NCBI GenBank assembly: GCA_963737635.1
Contig: CAVTTL010000001.1
Location: 2,016,001-2,080,000 of the forward strand
Direction: 5' to 3'
Origin: an uncultured Methanoregulaceae archaeon
GTDB taxonomy: Archaea > Halobacteriota > Methanomicrobia > Methanomicrobiales > Methanospirillaceae
DNA: 64,000 nt
This document shows, one piece after another, positions 50,277-60,034 of this stretch. How positions within the stretch are numbered: position 1 is the stretch's first letter; every line of letters starts with the position of its first letter. The position numbers were made by a program, and so were the translations under genes. A model generated the notes under the pieces. It made no database searches and was not told the DNA's origin. It saw only the letters and a program-made list of their open reading frames with translations.

Positions 50277-51206
50277 TCACCGCCGGCGGCGTTTTGCGGA
50301 TGATTTTTTCTTCTTGCCCATGTTCTCTGCCGCCGGAATGGTTGCAAGGACTTTCCTGAGTTCAGCAGTCTTTTTTTCGTCGAGGTTATCAAGAGGAAGC
50401 CGGACCGGTCCTCCTGCCATACCGACCAGTTCTACAGCTTTTTTGACCGGGATGGGATTTGTATCGATAAACATCGAACGGAAGAGGGGCGAAAGGGCAT
50501 AGTGCAGGGTAAGTGCTTTTTTCCAGTCACCTTTTTCTGCTGCTTCACACAGGGCAACCATTCGCCTCGGATCAACGTTTGCCGCAACCGAGATCACGCC
50601 TTTGCCTCCGAGCGCCATGATCGGGAGGGTAAGGTTATCATCTCCCGAGGTCACAACAAAGTCCTCATCCTGTGTCATCTCGATGATCCGCGAGACTTGT
50701 CCGACATTGCCGCTGGCCTCTTTGATCCCTACAATCCCGGGGTGTTGTGCAAGTTCAGCGATCAGATCGGGTTCGAGATTCTGGCCTGTGCGGCCGGGGA
50801 CGTTGTAGACTACTACCGGAATGTCAAGATCCGCAAGTTTCGTGTAATGCTTGATCAGCCCCGCACGGTTGGGTTTGTTGTAATACGGGCTGATAACGAG
50901 CACGCCATCGGCACCGGTGTCCTTTGCCGCCTTAGTAAGGATGACTGCTTCCGCCGTATTGTTTGAACCTGTACCGGCAAGGACAGGCACCTTGCCATTG
51001 ACCTTATCGATGGCTACACTGACAACTTTCTCGTGCTCGGCAAACGTGAGTGTTGCCGATTCGCCGGTCGAGCCACAGGGCACGATCCCGTGGATGCCAC
51101 AGGAAAGAAGATACTCAATGTTTCGCTCCAGACCCTGAACGTCAAGGTCCATCGCGGAATTACGTCGAAAAGGGGTTATGATAGCAGGAAGGACACCTTC
51201 GAACAT
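50277..51206 (-). CDS. dapA: 4-hydroxy-tetrahydrodipicolinate synthase
   Basis: GSTGESATL, PYYNKP, YNVPGRT, IKEASG, NPIPVK. Confidence 0.96.
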   Translation of the reverse strand: MFEGVLPAIITPFRRNSAMDLDVQGLERNIEYLLSCGIHGIVPCGSTGESATLTFAEHEKVVSVAIDKVNGKVPVLAGTGSNNTAEAVILTKAAKDTGADGVLVISPYYNKPNRAGLIKHYTKLADLDIPVVVYNVPGRTGQNLEPDLIAELAQHPGIVGIKEASGNVGQVSRIIEMTQDEDFVVTSGDDNLTLPIMALGGKGVISVAANVDPRRMVALCEAAEKGDWKKALTLHYALSPLFRSMFIDTNPIPVKKAVELVGMAGGPVRLPLDNLDEKKTAELRKVLATIPAAENMGKKKKSSAKRRRR

Positions 51207-51214
51207 ATGTAGCG

Positions 51215-51406
51215 TTATGGGTGTCTTTTTGTATTAATTTTTCTTGTTATATATCCGGCGACCCGGTTCCGGACCCGTTTGCTGTCGATAGATGCCGATG
51301 ACGACAGCTGCTGCTTGTTCGCATCAAAGTTGTTCGAAAAGTTCTCTCTCTGGGTGGCAAGGAGTGCAGTGCCGATGGTTTTTATGTATGATGGCTTAAT
51401 TCCCAT
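51215..51406 (-). CDS. rps17e: 30S ribosomal protein S17e
   Basis: MGIKPSYIK...FDANK...SKRVRNRVAGYIT. Confidence 0.95.
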   Translation of the reverse strand: MGIKPSYIKTIGTALLATQRENFSNNFDANKQQLSSSASIDSKRVRNRVAGYITRKINTKRHP

Positions 51407-51416
51407 GGAATATTCC

Positions 51417-51974
51417 TCAAAGTTCTATATGTATAATGCGGTTCGACAACATAATAATATTGCCCGCGACATCTACCGGGTTTTCACCGAATAGGTGGAT
51501 CGTTGAGGCATCGTGTGATGCGCCGCGATCCACGATCACTTCCGGCACTCCGTCTTTGCAGCAAGAAGCCACACCCCAGTCCAGCGTGCTGACGTCAGGG
51601 GGCTGCAGGCGCCGGTCAACGGTGCAGCATTCGAGGAACATATCCGCGAGGATATGACTTGCCTCATCAGTATACTGGATCGTTGCTGCGCATCGCATAT
51701 CCGGGTCGAATTTCGCTGCGGTTAGAACGATTTTTGCCATATTTTCATCAGCGCCAAATTCACAAGCACCTGCTGCCTTGACCATATTGTCCTGGACGAC
51801 AAATCTTCCCTTGACTGCGGCGACGCCGAAACTGTCCCGGGCACCCCTGATGGCATACCCCATGTTGGTGCCGGCAGCCGACACCAGGCTGGGAGCCATT
51901 GATTCTGTAAGGAGGTGTGCGGCATATGAGAGCTGGGCAAGGACGTCCTTTCTCTGCTGCTCCGGACTGATCAT
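51417..51974 (-). CDS. Thiamine-phosphate synthase (ThiN) family domain protein
   Basis: GTNMGYA, VAAVKGR, EFGA, DPDMRCA, DWGV, PEVIVDRG; degenerate. Confidence 0.75.
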   Translation of the reverse strand: MISPEQQRKDVLAQLSYAAHLLTESMAPSLVSAAGTNMGYAIRGARDSFGVAAVKGRFVVQDNMVKAAGACEFGADENMAKIVLTAAKFDPDMRCAATIQYTDEASHILADMFLECCTVDRRLQPPDVSTLDWGVASCCKDGVPEVIVDRGASHDASTIHLFGENPVDVAGNIIMLSNRIIHIEL

Positions 51975-52027
51975 GATAATAGCACTTCTATTGATCCGGT
52001 TGGTTCTTATTCCCTTGCTGTCCTTGG

Positions 52028-52579
52028 TCAGCTAAGCCCAAGGTCTTCGCGTATCGCCATCAGGCCGCCGATTGCAAGAGAATAGAACTTCGGTAGAGAG
52101 AGAATCGGTTCAATGAGTACGATGCGATTCCAGTCACACCCAGCAGCAAAGGCCTTTTCTTTTGCCTGTTTTGTTACGGTCTTTGCAGTCACGTCAGAGA
52201 GCCTGCCGCCGTTTACAAGGGCGCAGGCGACACCGTCCGTATGCGCTATCGGATGCTTGTAGCGCGATATCGACAGGTCTTTCGTATGTTCCTGGAAAGA
52301 GAAGGTGGTGGTGCCGTTGTATAAATCCGGGCTAGATCGGGATCGACACCAACCCCCTATCAAGGGCTCCGCACCTTTCACACTATGCAGCTGCATGCCT
52401 CATGAATAAGTTCGAAATCGATATCGTGCAGGATACCAATCGCTTCCCACAATCCGGTATTCTCACCGAGCTGCGCGGCAAGAGATTTCATGACAGCACC
52501 AGTCGCCAGAAAGTGCTTTTTGAGCCCCGGTATCGTGAACATATGTATCAAGCAAAGCTATCGCAGCAGAGCGTTCCAT
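52028..52579 (-). pseudogene. HD-domain (HDIG) phosphohydrolase, about five frameshifts
   Basis: Reassembled: MERSAAIALL..LKKH.LATGAVMKSLA..WEAIGILHDIDFE..H..ALQASD..ACALV..KEKAFAAG. Confidence 0.75.
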
Positions 52580-52655
52580 GGCAAGATATGTACCTTCCGG
52601 GACATCAGCGTAACAACTCATCTCACGGATATGCATATAACCGAACAAAGCCAAA

Positions 52656-52841
52656 ATGGTCTGGATGGATGCACGACTGCTCGATGTTCTTATTGCAGTG
52701 ACGGGCTTTGTGATCCTTGTCATTCTTCTCGCTGTACTACCGCTGGTCATCAGCGCCGGCCCTGCTTACCTGATTGCCATTATTATCTTTATTGTATTCC
52801 TCTCTGGTGCCGGATACATGGTTAATGAGAAGATTGCCTAA
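52656..52841 (+). CDS. Small two-TM membrane protein
   Basis: 61 aa, two hydrophobic helices. Confidence 0.6.
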   Translation: MVWMDARLLDVLIAVTGFVILVILLAVLPLVISAGPAYLIAIIIFIVFLSGAGYMVNEKIA

Positions 52842-52865
52842 ATACGTACGATAAAGAAATCCCTT

Positions 52866-53956
52866 TTAAGAACGGCTGGAATCGTTCGCAGGTTCCGGAT
52901 TTTTAATTCCGGTTACCGGTTTCCGGGGAACTTTGGCTTTTTTCACCTTGTAATAACTGAGGGGATGGCTGACCTTTTCGCAGAGTGCGTCGCGGTGAAC
53001 GCAGATGCCAGTTGTCTGCATCGCCGCGCACGCTGGTGTCGTATATTCGGTTCCCGTACCCCCGGCCGGTGATATGCTCGACTTGGTACATGGTCTTCTC
53101 AACATCGAAGTCCGGGGAACGGGCATAGAGCTCAGCGATCCCGGTCGCGTTCATACCGATATTATGGAGGAATGCCGTCAGCGAAAACCGACCGGCATGC
53201 GTAAGATTGGTGCCTGCAGCAAGTGCGGTGATGAGCGCCTGCATGCACGGTGGGAATGCGCTCTCTTCGACCTTCCCGAACTGCCGGAGCATCTGTTCCT
53301 GGTATACTTTCTTGATATCCGCTGCCCGGGGTGCAAGCTGTTCGCAGATATCCTTTGGAACCCTGTGCGGGAGATCGCGGCGCAGAAGTACGCGGACCCG
53401 CTCCCTGAGAAGATCGTAGCGTTCATTTTTGTTGATCGTCACATAACCACGCTCAACACGCCGGTTGATGAGCCGGTACCGGTCATCATGCAGGGGTGCA
53501 ACAAGCTCCACATAATCGGGAACCGGCATCCGGTCCTGTGCTATCCTGATGCCCATTTCATCGGCAATCGCTGCCCACAGCCGGGAATACTCCCCATCGT
53601 CCTGCACATAACTGTTGTTCCACTCTTCTTCGTTGACCAGAAAATAATACGCACGTTCAGCCTCGTACCGGGTAAGCCGATCGATGAGTCTGTTTATCAT
53701 TGATGCAGGAGACGATGATCCGTGCAAGAGCATATGCCGCAATCTCGTCTTCCGGTGAATCGCACACTTCCGGTGTTCGGCTCTTTTTCTGGGATATTGC
53801 CTCCTGTATCCGGGCAACTGCATAGGAGATCAGGGTTTGGCCTTTCTGCGTGCCAAGAAGCGTACCGAGCGAGGCAAACCGGGATCTGATGGGACCCTGT
53901 GCTTTTTTTAAAAACGGGAAATGGGAAAGTTCCTTGCCGGAAGGCACAAACTCCAT
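52866..53956 (-). CDS. priL: DNA primase large subunit, two frameshifts (about 53689, 53060)
   Basis: FPFL, YEAERA, FPPCM, NLTHAGRF, PDFD..YQVEHI, EYTTPAC..GIC..C..HPLSYY across three frames; downstream of PCNA. Confidence 0.88.
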
Positions 53957-54701
53957 TCAGTCAGCCTCAATCCGGGGCGCAAGCAGGTACTCCACGTGCC
54001 CGTTGCCACCTGCAATATCGAAGGAAAACCGGACAGGGTGATCTACGCCAAGACAAACCTCGACTTCGGGAGCCCGCGACATCACCTTGCCCATATCCCT
54101 GAGATAGTCAAGGGAGAAAAGGGAGCGTGCCTCGACCGGGGAAAGCGATTTCAGCTCGATCTTTGCCGAACTCACGCTGGATATGATCGGTGTCCCCTTC
54201 GGCGACCATATAAAATGTCTGATCCTTGGGGTTAATGCCCATGGCTATCTTATCCGAGATTACTGCGGCTGCCTTTATCGCGTTGTTGAGATCCTCACCG
54301 GAGATCACAACCTTTCCCGGAAGATTGATCGTCGGAGAATTAGGATCTTTTCGTATCGTGTTTGTGTCCAGGAGAGTGATCGAGTAATGGTAACCGTGGA
54401 CGCTGACGGCCATTTTCTGGGCGTTGTCCGCTAGCTCAAGGCTGATGAGGTCGCCCTTCCCACCCATGTTGAAAATGTTTTTCATCTTCTGGATGTCGAC
54501 ACCCAGTTCACTTTTGGTTGCCTTGAAAGTATCAAACGCTTCCTTTTTGAGCGTGAAACCAATCATCGCGACATTGGCGGTGTCTACGGCCCGGGTGGAG
54601 ATGCCATCTTCCGCTGTGTGCAGCCGGCATTCAGGAACAAGTGCCGAGATCGCTTCAATGGCTTCCCGGAATATCTCCGCGTCAATGGTTGCTTTTAACA
54701 T
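53957..54701 (-). CDS. pcn: DNA polymerase sliding clamp PCNA, one +1 frameshift about 54159
   Basis: RAVDTANVAM, SLFSLDYL, YLLAPRIE; removing one base gives 247 aa. Confidence 0.92.
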
Positions 54702-54792
54702 CTCTTTCCCCTTAACAACTGTCTTATACAGTATATCATCATACTTTAATTATAGCGTTTTGGGTCGTTTTAGGCCTTTTGGGTGATTTGGC

Positions 54793-55374
54793 ATGGGTTC
54801 GCAATGGTCGCGGGACAAGGTGTATATCCGGGCAAGACACGAAGGGTTCCGTTCCAGAGCTTCTTTTAAACTCATCGAAATCCAGGAGAAATTTGCCATT
54901 ATCCGCCGGGACGACAATATAATCGATCTGGGCGCTGCCCCGGGGAGCTGGCTCCAAGTGCTTCGCACACTTACCGACGGAAGAGTTCTCGGGATCGACA
55001 TAAACCCCATCGCGGTGCTCGATGGCATCGAGACAATCGAAGGAGATCTAACCGAGCCGGCCATCCAACAGCGGGCACAGGAGATGCTTGGCACCGTCAG
55101 CGTCGTTGTATGCGATGCCTCCCCAAAACTCTCGGGCCACAAGAGTTACGATCAGGCTAGAGCCATTGCTTTAGGAGAAGAGGCTCTCGGGTTTGCCTGT
55201 AACGTATTAAAATCCGGGGGTAACTTTGTGATCAAGTCATTTCAAGGCGCGGACTTTCCGGAACTGCTGGCCATGGTACGTGAACACTTTCATTCAGTGA
55301 AGACTTTTTCCACGAAATCGTCCCGTAAGGGGAGTACGGAAATTTATATTATCGCAAAGAACTTCAAAGGCTGA
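54793..55374 (+). CDS. rlmE: 23S rRNA Um2552 methyltransferase
   Basis: RSRASFKL, DLGAAPGSW, CDASP, K..QG, SSRKGSTEIY. Confidence 0.94.
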   Translation: MGSQWSRDKVYIRARHEGFRSRASFKLIEIQEKFAIIRRDDNIIDLGAAPGSWLQVLRTLTDGRVLGIDINPIAVLDGIETIEGDLTEPAIQQRAQEMLGTVSVVVCDASPKLSGHKSYDQARAIALGEEALGFACNVLKSGGNFVIKSFQGADFPELLAMVREHFHSVKTFSTKSSRKGSTEIYIIAKNFKG

Positions 55375-55380
55375 AATAAG

Positions 55381-56271
55381 ATGCCCGCAACCGCGACGCT
55401 CAAGGATTCCTACGGACGACCGGTGACTAATCTTCGCATCAGCCTGACGTCTCGCTGCAACCTTTCCTGTATTTACTGCCACGCCGAAGGAGAGAAGAAC
55501 CCGGATGCGGAGATGAGCGCAGAAGAGATCATTGAGATAATGAATGTTGCGGCAAAATTCGGGATCCGCAGTATCAAATTCACTGGAGGAGAACCACTCC
55601 TCCGGCCAGACATTCTCGATATAATCCGGGCTGTTCCCCCGGGAATCGAATCATCTGTCACAACCAACGGCATCCTTCTTGGGAATATGGCAGAGCCACT
55701 CAAACGCGCCGGGCTTCGCCGGGTCAACGTCAGCCTTGACAGCCTGAATCCTGATACCTACAAGCGGATCACAGGAAGCGACCGGTTGAGCGATGTACTT
55801 GCGGGGATCGATGCGGCGCTTAAAGCCGGCCTTACCCCGGTCAAACTTAACATGGTTGTCCTTTACGGGATCAATGACGACGAGATTGACGACTTTATCA
55901 GGTACGTGAGGGGTAATCGGCATCTTGTCCTCCAGCTCATCGAGCTGATGCAATTCAACGATTGCAAATACCATGGCGATCTGCAGGGTGTTGAAGCCAT
56001 GCTTGCCTCGCGCTCCAGCCAGGTCCTCACGCGCAGGATGCACCACCGGAAAAAATACTGTCTTGACGGCGCCGAAGTCGAGATTGTGCGCCCGCTGCAT
56101 AACACCGAGTTTTGCGCATACTGTAACCGGCTCCGGGTAACTTCAGATGGGAAACTCAAACCCTGTCTCCTGCGGACGGACAACCATATCATGATCAGGG
56201 GTAAAAAGGGTGCGGAACTCGAAGGGTTGTTCCGGCAGGCTGTCGAACAACGGGAGCCATTTTTCAAATGA
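55381..56271 (+). CDS. moaA: GTP 3',8-cyclase
   Basis: LRISLTSRCNLSCIYC, TGGEP, NVSLDSL, FCAYCNRLRVTSDGKLKPCL. Confidence 0.95.
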   Translation: MPATATLKDSYGRPVTNLRISLTSRCNLSCIYCHAEGEKNPDAEMSAEEIIEIMNVAAKFGIRSIKFTGGEPLLRPDILDIIRAVPPGIESSVTTNGILLGNMAEPLKRAGLRRVNVSLDSLNPDTYKRITGSDRLSDVLAGIDAALKAGLTPVKLNMVVLYGINDDEIDDFIRYVRGNRHLVLQLIELMQFNDCKYHGDLQGVEAMLASRSSQVLTRRMHHRKKYCLDGAEVEIVRPLHNTEFCAYCNRLRVTSDGKLKPCLLRTDNHIMIRGKKGAELEGLFRQAVEQREPFFK

Positions 56272-56369
56272 ATTCATAATCCGTGTATTCCGGGACTTAA
56301 TTAGAAACATTCCTGATCTATGGACATTTAAGGGGTTTTATTTACGATTCCTGCATACACTAGGATCAT

Positions 56370-56879
56370 ATGACTTCAGACAATGAGTACCTCCATGTCC
56401 TCACCCATCTTTACGAAAAATCGCTGATCCTTCATGACACGTCTCTCTTTGAAAAAACCCTGTATTTCTATTTTCTTGACTCTCTTGCCCACATTGATTA
56501 CACCTGCAGCATTTATGCGTTCAACTACCAGTCGCCGAAAAATATTATGGGCGCAGAGTATATGCGCTGGCGAATCGATGAGGAAAAGAAGGGAGATCGC
56601 GCGCATTTCCCTGCATTTATCGTTTGGCTTCGGGATAACCATCCGGAGAAATTTGCAAAAGTGCCTTCGCTCTGGCAGATGATTTATGACCCTGAAGACC
56701 CTGCCAGTTACCGGAGCTTCCGGATCGTTCTTGATCCGGACAGCAAACAAGCTATACCGACAAACTTCTTCTTCGTTACTATAGACGAATTTTTCGAACA
56801 GGAGTTCCTGAAAAGCCTGTACGAGGAAGCTTCGCTTTCCCGGCTCTTCTCTGAATTCCTCGCACAGAAAAAAGCCTGA
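56370..56879 (+). CDS. Hypothetical protein
   Basis: 169-aa aromatic-rich ORF filling the gap and abutting the M20 gene; no motif recognised. Confidence 0.7.
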   Translation: MTSDNEYLHVLTHLYEKSLILHDTSLFEKTLYFYFLDSLAHIDYTCSIYAFNYQSPKNIMGAEYMRWRIDEEKKGDRAHFPAFIVWLRDNHPEKFAKVPSLWQMIYDPEDPASYRSFRIVLDPDSKQAIPTNFFFVTIDEFFEQEFLKSLYEEASLSRLFSEFLAQKKA

Positions 56880-58100
56880 TTGGCAGGGAAAAGTGAACCT
56901 CCGGAAATGCAGCCCCAGAAGATCTGTTCGGACCTCGTGGCCATAAGAAGTGAGAATCCCCCGGGCGATACCTCAGACGTTATCGAATATATCCGGAACT
57001 TCCTCGACGCCCGGGGAATCGGGTCGCAGGTCTCTGGTACCTCAGGGGGAAGGTGCAACCTAGTGACAATGGGGAGACCACGACCGCTCCTTCTCTGCGG
57101 CCACGTGGACGTTGTTCCTGCTCTCGATGAGGGATGGACATATCCTCCATTTTCCGGCATTGTACGGGACGGCTATATCTGGGGTAGGGGATCAAGCGAT
57201 ATGAAAGGCGGATGCGCCGCAATCTTATCAGCGTGCGATACCCTCGCAGAACTGGATGACCCCCTGCCGGCGACCATCGCTTTTGTCTGCGACGAAGAGA
57301 CCGGAGGTGAGAATGGGATTCGTTACCTGCTCGAAAAAAAACTCATCACTCCCTGCGACTGCCTGGTTGCCGAGCCAACACCAGCCCTGCACCCATGTAT
57401 CGGCCAGAAAGGGCTCTGTCGGCTGGAACTAAAATTCACTGGCACGCCCGGCCATGGTTCATTGTATCCCATTGTTGGCATAAGTGCAGTGATGGAAGCA
57501 ATGCGTCTGCTCGATTATGTTAAAGGCCTTCACGAGCAGACTTTTCCGATGGATAAGAAACTTCACGAGATGGTCCGAAACTCCACCCGGGTCTTTGCCG
57601 AAGAATTCCGGATCGAAAAGGGCAGCGAGATCCTTGAACGGATCACGTTTAACCCGGGTGTGATAACCGGCGGGGAAAAGGTCAATATCGTTGCCCAGCG
57701 TTGCAATCTCGATCTCGAAATGCGTATTCCGTGGGGATGCAACATCCAAGAACTGGTTCATGGGATTAAGGCGCACGCGCCTCACGGTACAATCGTGAAG
57801 GAATTACTGCATGACCCCTCCCTCACGGATCCCTTGTGTGATTTCGTATCCCTGGTGTGCCGTGAGGTAGAAAAGGTGCAGGGGAGACCGGTATCTCCTA
57901 TTCTCCAATGGGCCGCAAGCGATGCCCGTCACCTGCGATCTGTCGGCTTCCGGGTGATTGAATATGGTCCGGGCGAACTTACCACGTTGCATGGCACCAA
58001 TGAACGGGTCGCAGTGACCTCGCTTGAGAAAGCTGCTGCCATCTACGTTGGAATCATGCAGACATATATGGCTCAGGGTAGCCGGCTGCGTGCATATTAG
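56880..58100 (+). CDS. M20 family metallo-amidohydrolase (DapE/ArgE-like)
   Basis: CGHVDVVP, GRGSSDMKGG, DEETGG, AEP, GHGS, SDAR, HGTNE. Confidence 0.92.
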   Translation: MAGKSEPPEMQPQKICSDLVAIRSENPPGDTSDVIEYIRNFLDARGIGSQVSGTSGGRCNLVTMGRPRPLLLCGHVDVVPALDEGWTYPPFSGIVRDGYIWGRGSSDMKGGCAAILSACDTLAELDDPLPATIAFVCDEETGGENGIRYLLEKKLITPCDCLVAEPTPALHPCIGQKGLCRLELKFTGTPGHGSLYPIVGISAVMEAMRLLDYVKGLHEQTFPMDKKLHEMVRNSTRVFAEEFRIEKGSEILERITFNPGVITGGEKVNIVAQRCNLDLEMRIPWGCNIQELVHGIKAHAPHGTIVKELLHDPSLTDPLCDFVSLVCREVEKVQGRPVSPILQWAASDARHLRSVGFRVIEYGPGELTTLHGTNERVAVTSLEKAAAIYVGIMQTYMAQGSRLRAY

Positions 58101-58157
58101 TGGGATTCTCGGGAAAATAACGAACCCGGATGTTGTTTCACCGGATTTATCCGGTGT

Positions 58158-59162
58158 CTACCGGGTCTTTCCTTTCCCTGTGAGGCCAAGAATCACTGCG
58201 GCCGCTGCAAGCCCGGCAAGGGCAGGAAACAGTGACAAGGGTGAAAACGTAGTCTTTGTTGTAACCGTCGCCACTACTGTGGTCATCTGGGATGTTGTGG
58301 TTGTCGGGACAGGCAGCGGTGGAATAACAGTAAGCGTTGCTGCGACCTGAGTGGGGGTCACGGTTGTTGGCGCAACTCCCCCGAGATACCATGGGGCCAT
58401 TGTCGGAGTCGGTGTATTTGTACCACTAACAACCTGACCCTTTCCCATTGCGGCCTGCTTGTTTATCTGGGCCGCGGTATAGTTTGGGTTCAGGCTGAGC
58501 GCAGTGTTAAAGCAGTCGACTGCGTCCTGGTACCTGCCGAGAGCCGCAAGCGCTTCTCCTTTATTATTCCAGATCTCGGCATTGTTTACCGTCATGGTGG
58601 TTGCCGTATTGAATGCGTTGAGGGCAGCCGAGTACTGGCCGTTGGCCATATACAGAAGACCGATCTGATTATAGACCAGCGGGTTAGTCTGATTGAGATT
58701 TGTGCACTGAGTATATGCCGTGAGCGCCTGGGTGGACTCGTTTTCCTGGACATACGAATAGGCAAGGTTGCAGTAAGCAGAGTACTGGTTGTAAACAATT
58801 GATGTGTAATTAAGATAGGCCCCGATGGCATCGTTATATTGGCCGAGATAAAAAAGGGCGTCTGCACGTGCACCTAAAGCAGTTGGGCTAGACCGTATGG
58901 CAAGAGCCTGGTTAGCTTCAGAGAGTGCCGCAGAGTACTGGCCGAGGACATTGAGCGCGACCGCATCTCCGGCCATCGCCATATCGTACCCGGGATTGAG
59001 CGCGATCGCGTTGTTATAATAAGTAACTGCATCCGTATAATCCCCGTTCGCTGCAGCGTTCTGGGCTTTTGTGTACCACTCGGTAGCATCCTCAGCGGTC
59101 ACAGCGGGGATGAGAAAGATGACAATTAGAATCAATATGACTATTTTTGCGCTCATCTGCAT
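58158..59162 (-). CDS. Secreted TPR-repeat surface protein with Thr-rich linker and C-terminal anchor
   Basis: Signal peptide, TPR repeats (WNNKGEALAALGRY), Thr/Pro-rich region, SPL plus TM plus basic tail. Confidence 0.88.
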   Translation of the reverse strand: MQMSAKIVILILIVIFLIPAVTAEDATEWYTKAQNAAANGDYTDAVTYYNNAIALNPGYDMAMAGDAVALNVLGQYSAALSEANQALAIRSSPTALGARADALFYLGQYNDAIGAYLNYTSIVYNQYSAYCNLAYSYVQENESTQALTAYTQCTNLNQTNPLVYNQIGLLYMANGQYSAALNAFNTATTMTVNNAEIWNNKGEALAALGRYQDAVDCFNTALSLNPNYTAAQINKQAAMGKGQVVSGTNTPTPTMAPWYLGGVAPTTVTPTQVAATLTVIPPLPVPTTTTSQMTTVVATVTTKTTFSPLSLFPALAGLAAAAVILGLTGKGKTR

Positions 59163-59276
59163 ATCCGAAAATCTCTTTTAAAACAGATGAATCTATTGAT
59201 TCGAAATCAACATTGCGAAGAGTCTTTGTTTATTTGAAAACAAAAATGCTACTATTGCTGGAACAGCAGCAGACAT

Positions 59277-59851
59277 ATGTGCACTGATTTCAAGCTGCTT
59301 CTGCTATTCCCCGTGGATTGTCTTTGGCCTGATCAGCGGATCAACGCTTGAGGGCCTCAATGTCGCCCTGCTTGCTGCCCTTATATTAACGCTTCTGACC
59401 AGTTATTATGACCTTCTGAAAAAGTATGTTTAAGCTGGGTTACCCTTATTTTTTTATCTTTAGCTGCGTGACCATCATTCTCCTTCATGTAAATCTTCTT
59501 ATCCTCTACCTCAGTAGCCTCTCGATGGCTGCCCTTTCGCTCATCTGCCAGGATACGGTGGCCTTAAAAAAGTCCTTCACCTTGCAGTACGCCCGGGGAG
59601 GGGCTGATCCGGCGCTTGTGGCAAGTGCGCCGTTTATCCAGGCAAATTATATTATCACTGGTATGTGGGAAGCATTTTGTCGTAAACATGTGCGTCGCTA
59701 TTGCAGTCTTTTACATTCCGTACCTGCAGAAATCCGGGATACGCGAATTCACATGGCTGACCATTTTGATCGGACTCGCGTTCACGTTCTGGTATCCCGC
59801 TCAAATTCCCATAAACTGACGTGCTCCCACGACTTTTCTCAAGTTCCCTAA
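59277..59851 (+). pseudogene. Degraded membrane protein gene
   Basis: Hydrophobic segments (PWIVFGLI, WVTLIFF, FTLQYAR, ANYIITGMW, WLTILIGLAFTFWYP) scattered over different frames. Confidence 0.55.
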
Positions 59852-60034
59852 TAAAACGTGTCACAAATTTCATCGATGCTACGTAATTAAGGCCGCCAGC
59901 CTTTTGCCAAACTCTCGCGGGCTGCATTCCTTTCACTTCAGTCCATACCCCGGAAAAAGATCCTTTGCCGTATACAAATGTGTTTATACCTCTTTGGAAG
60001 ACTACCCAGTATCGAACTTGATGGATTGAGTGAT

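Noticed and set aside
53957-54701. Programmed frameshifting or true pseudogenisation of PCNA, priL and cfbB
   Set aside because: No slippery heptamers or stimulators were seen and the genes are expected to be essential; consensus error is more parsimonious.
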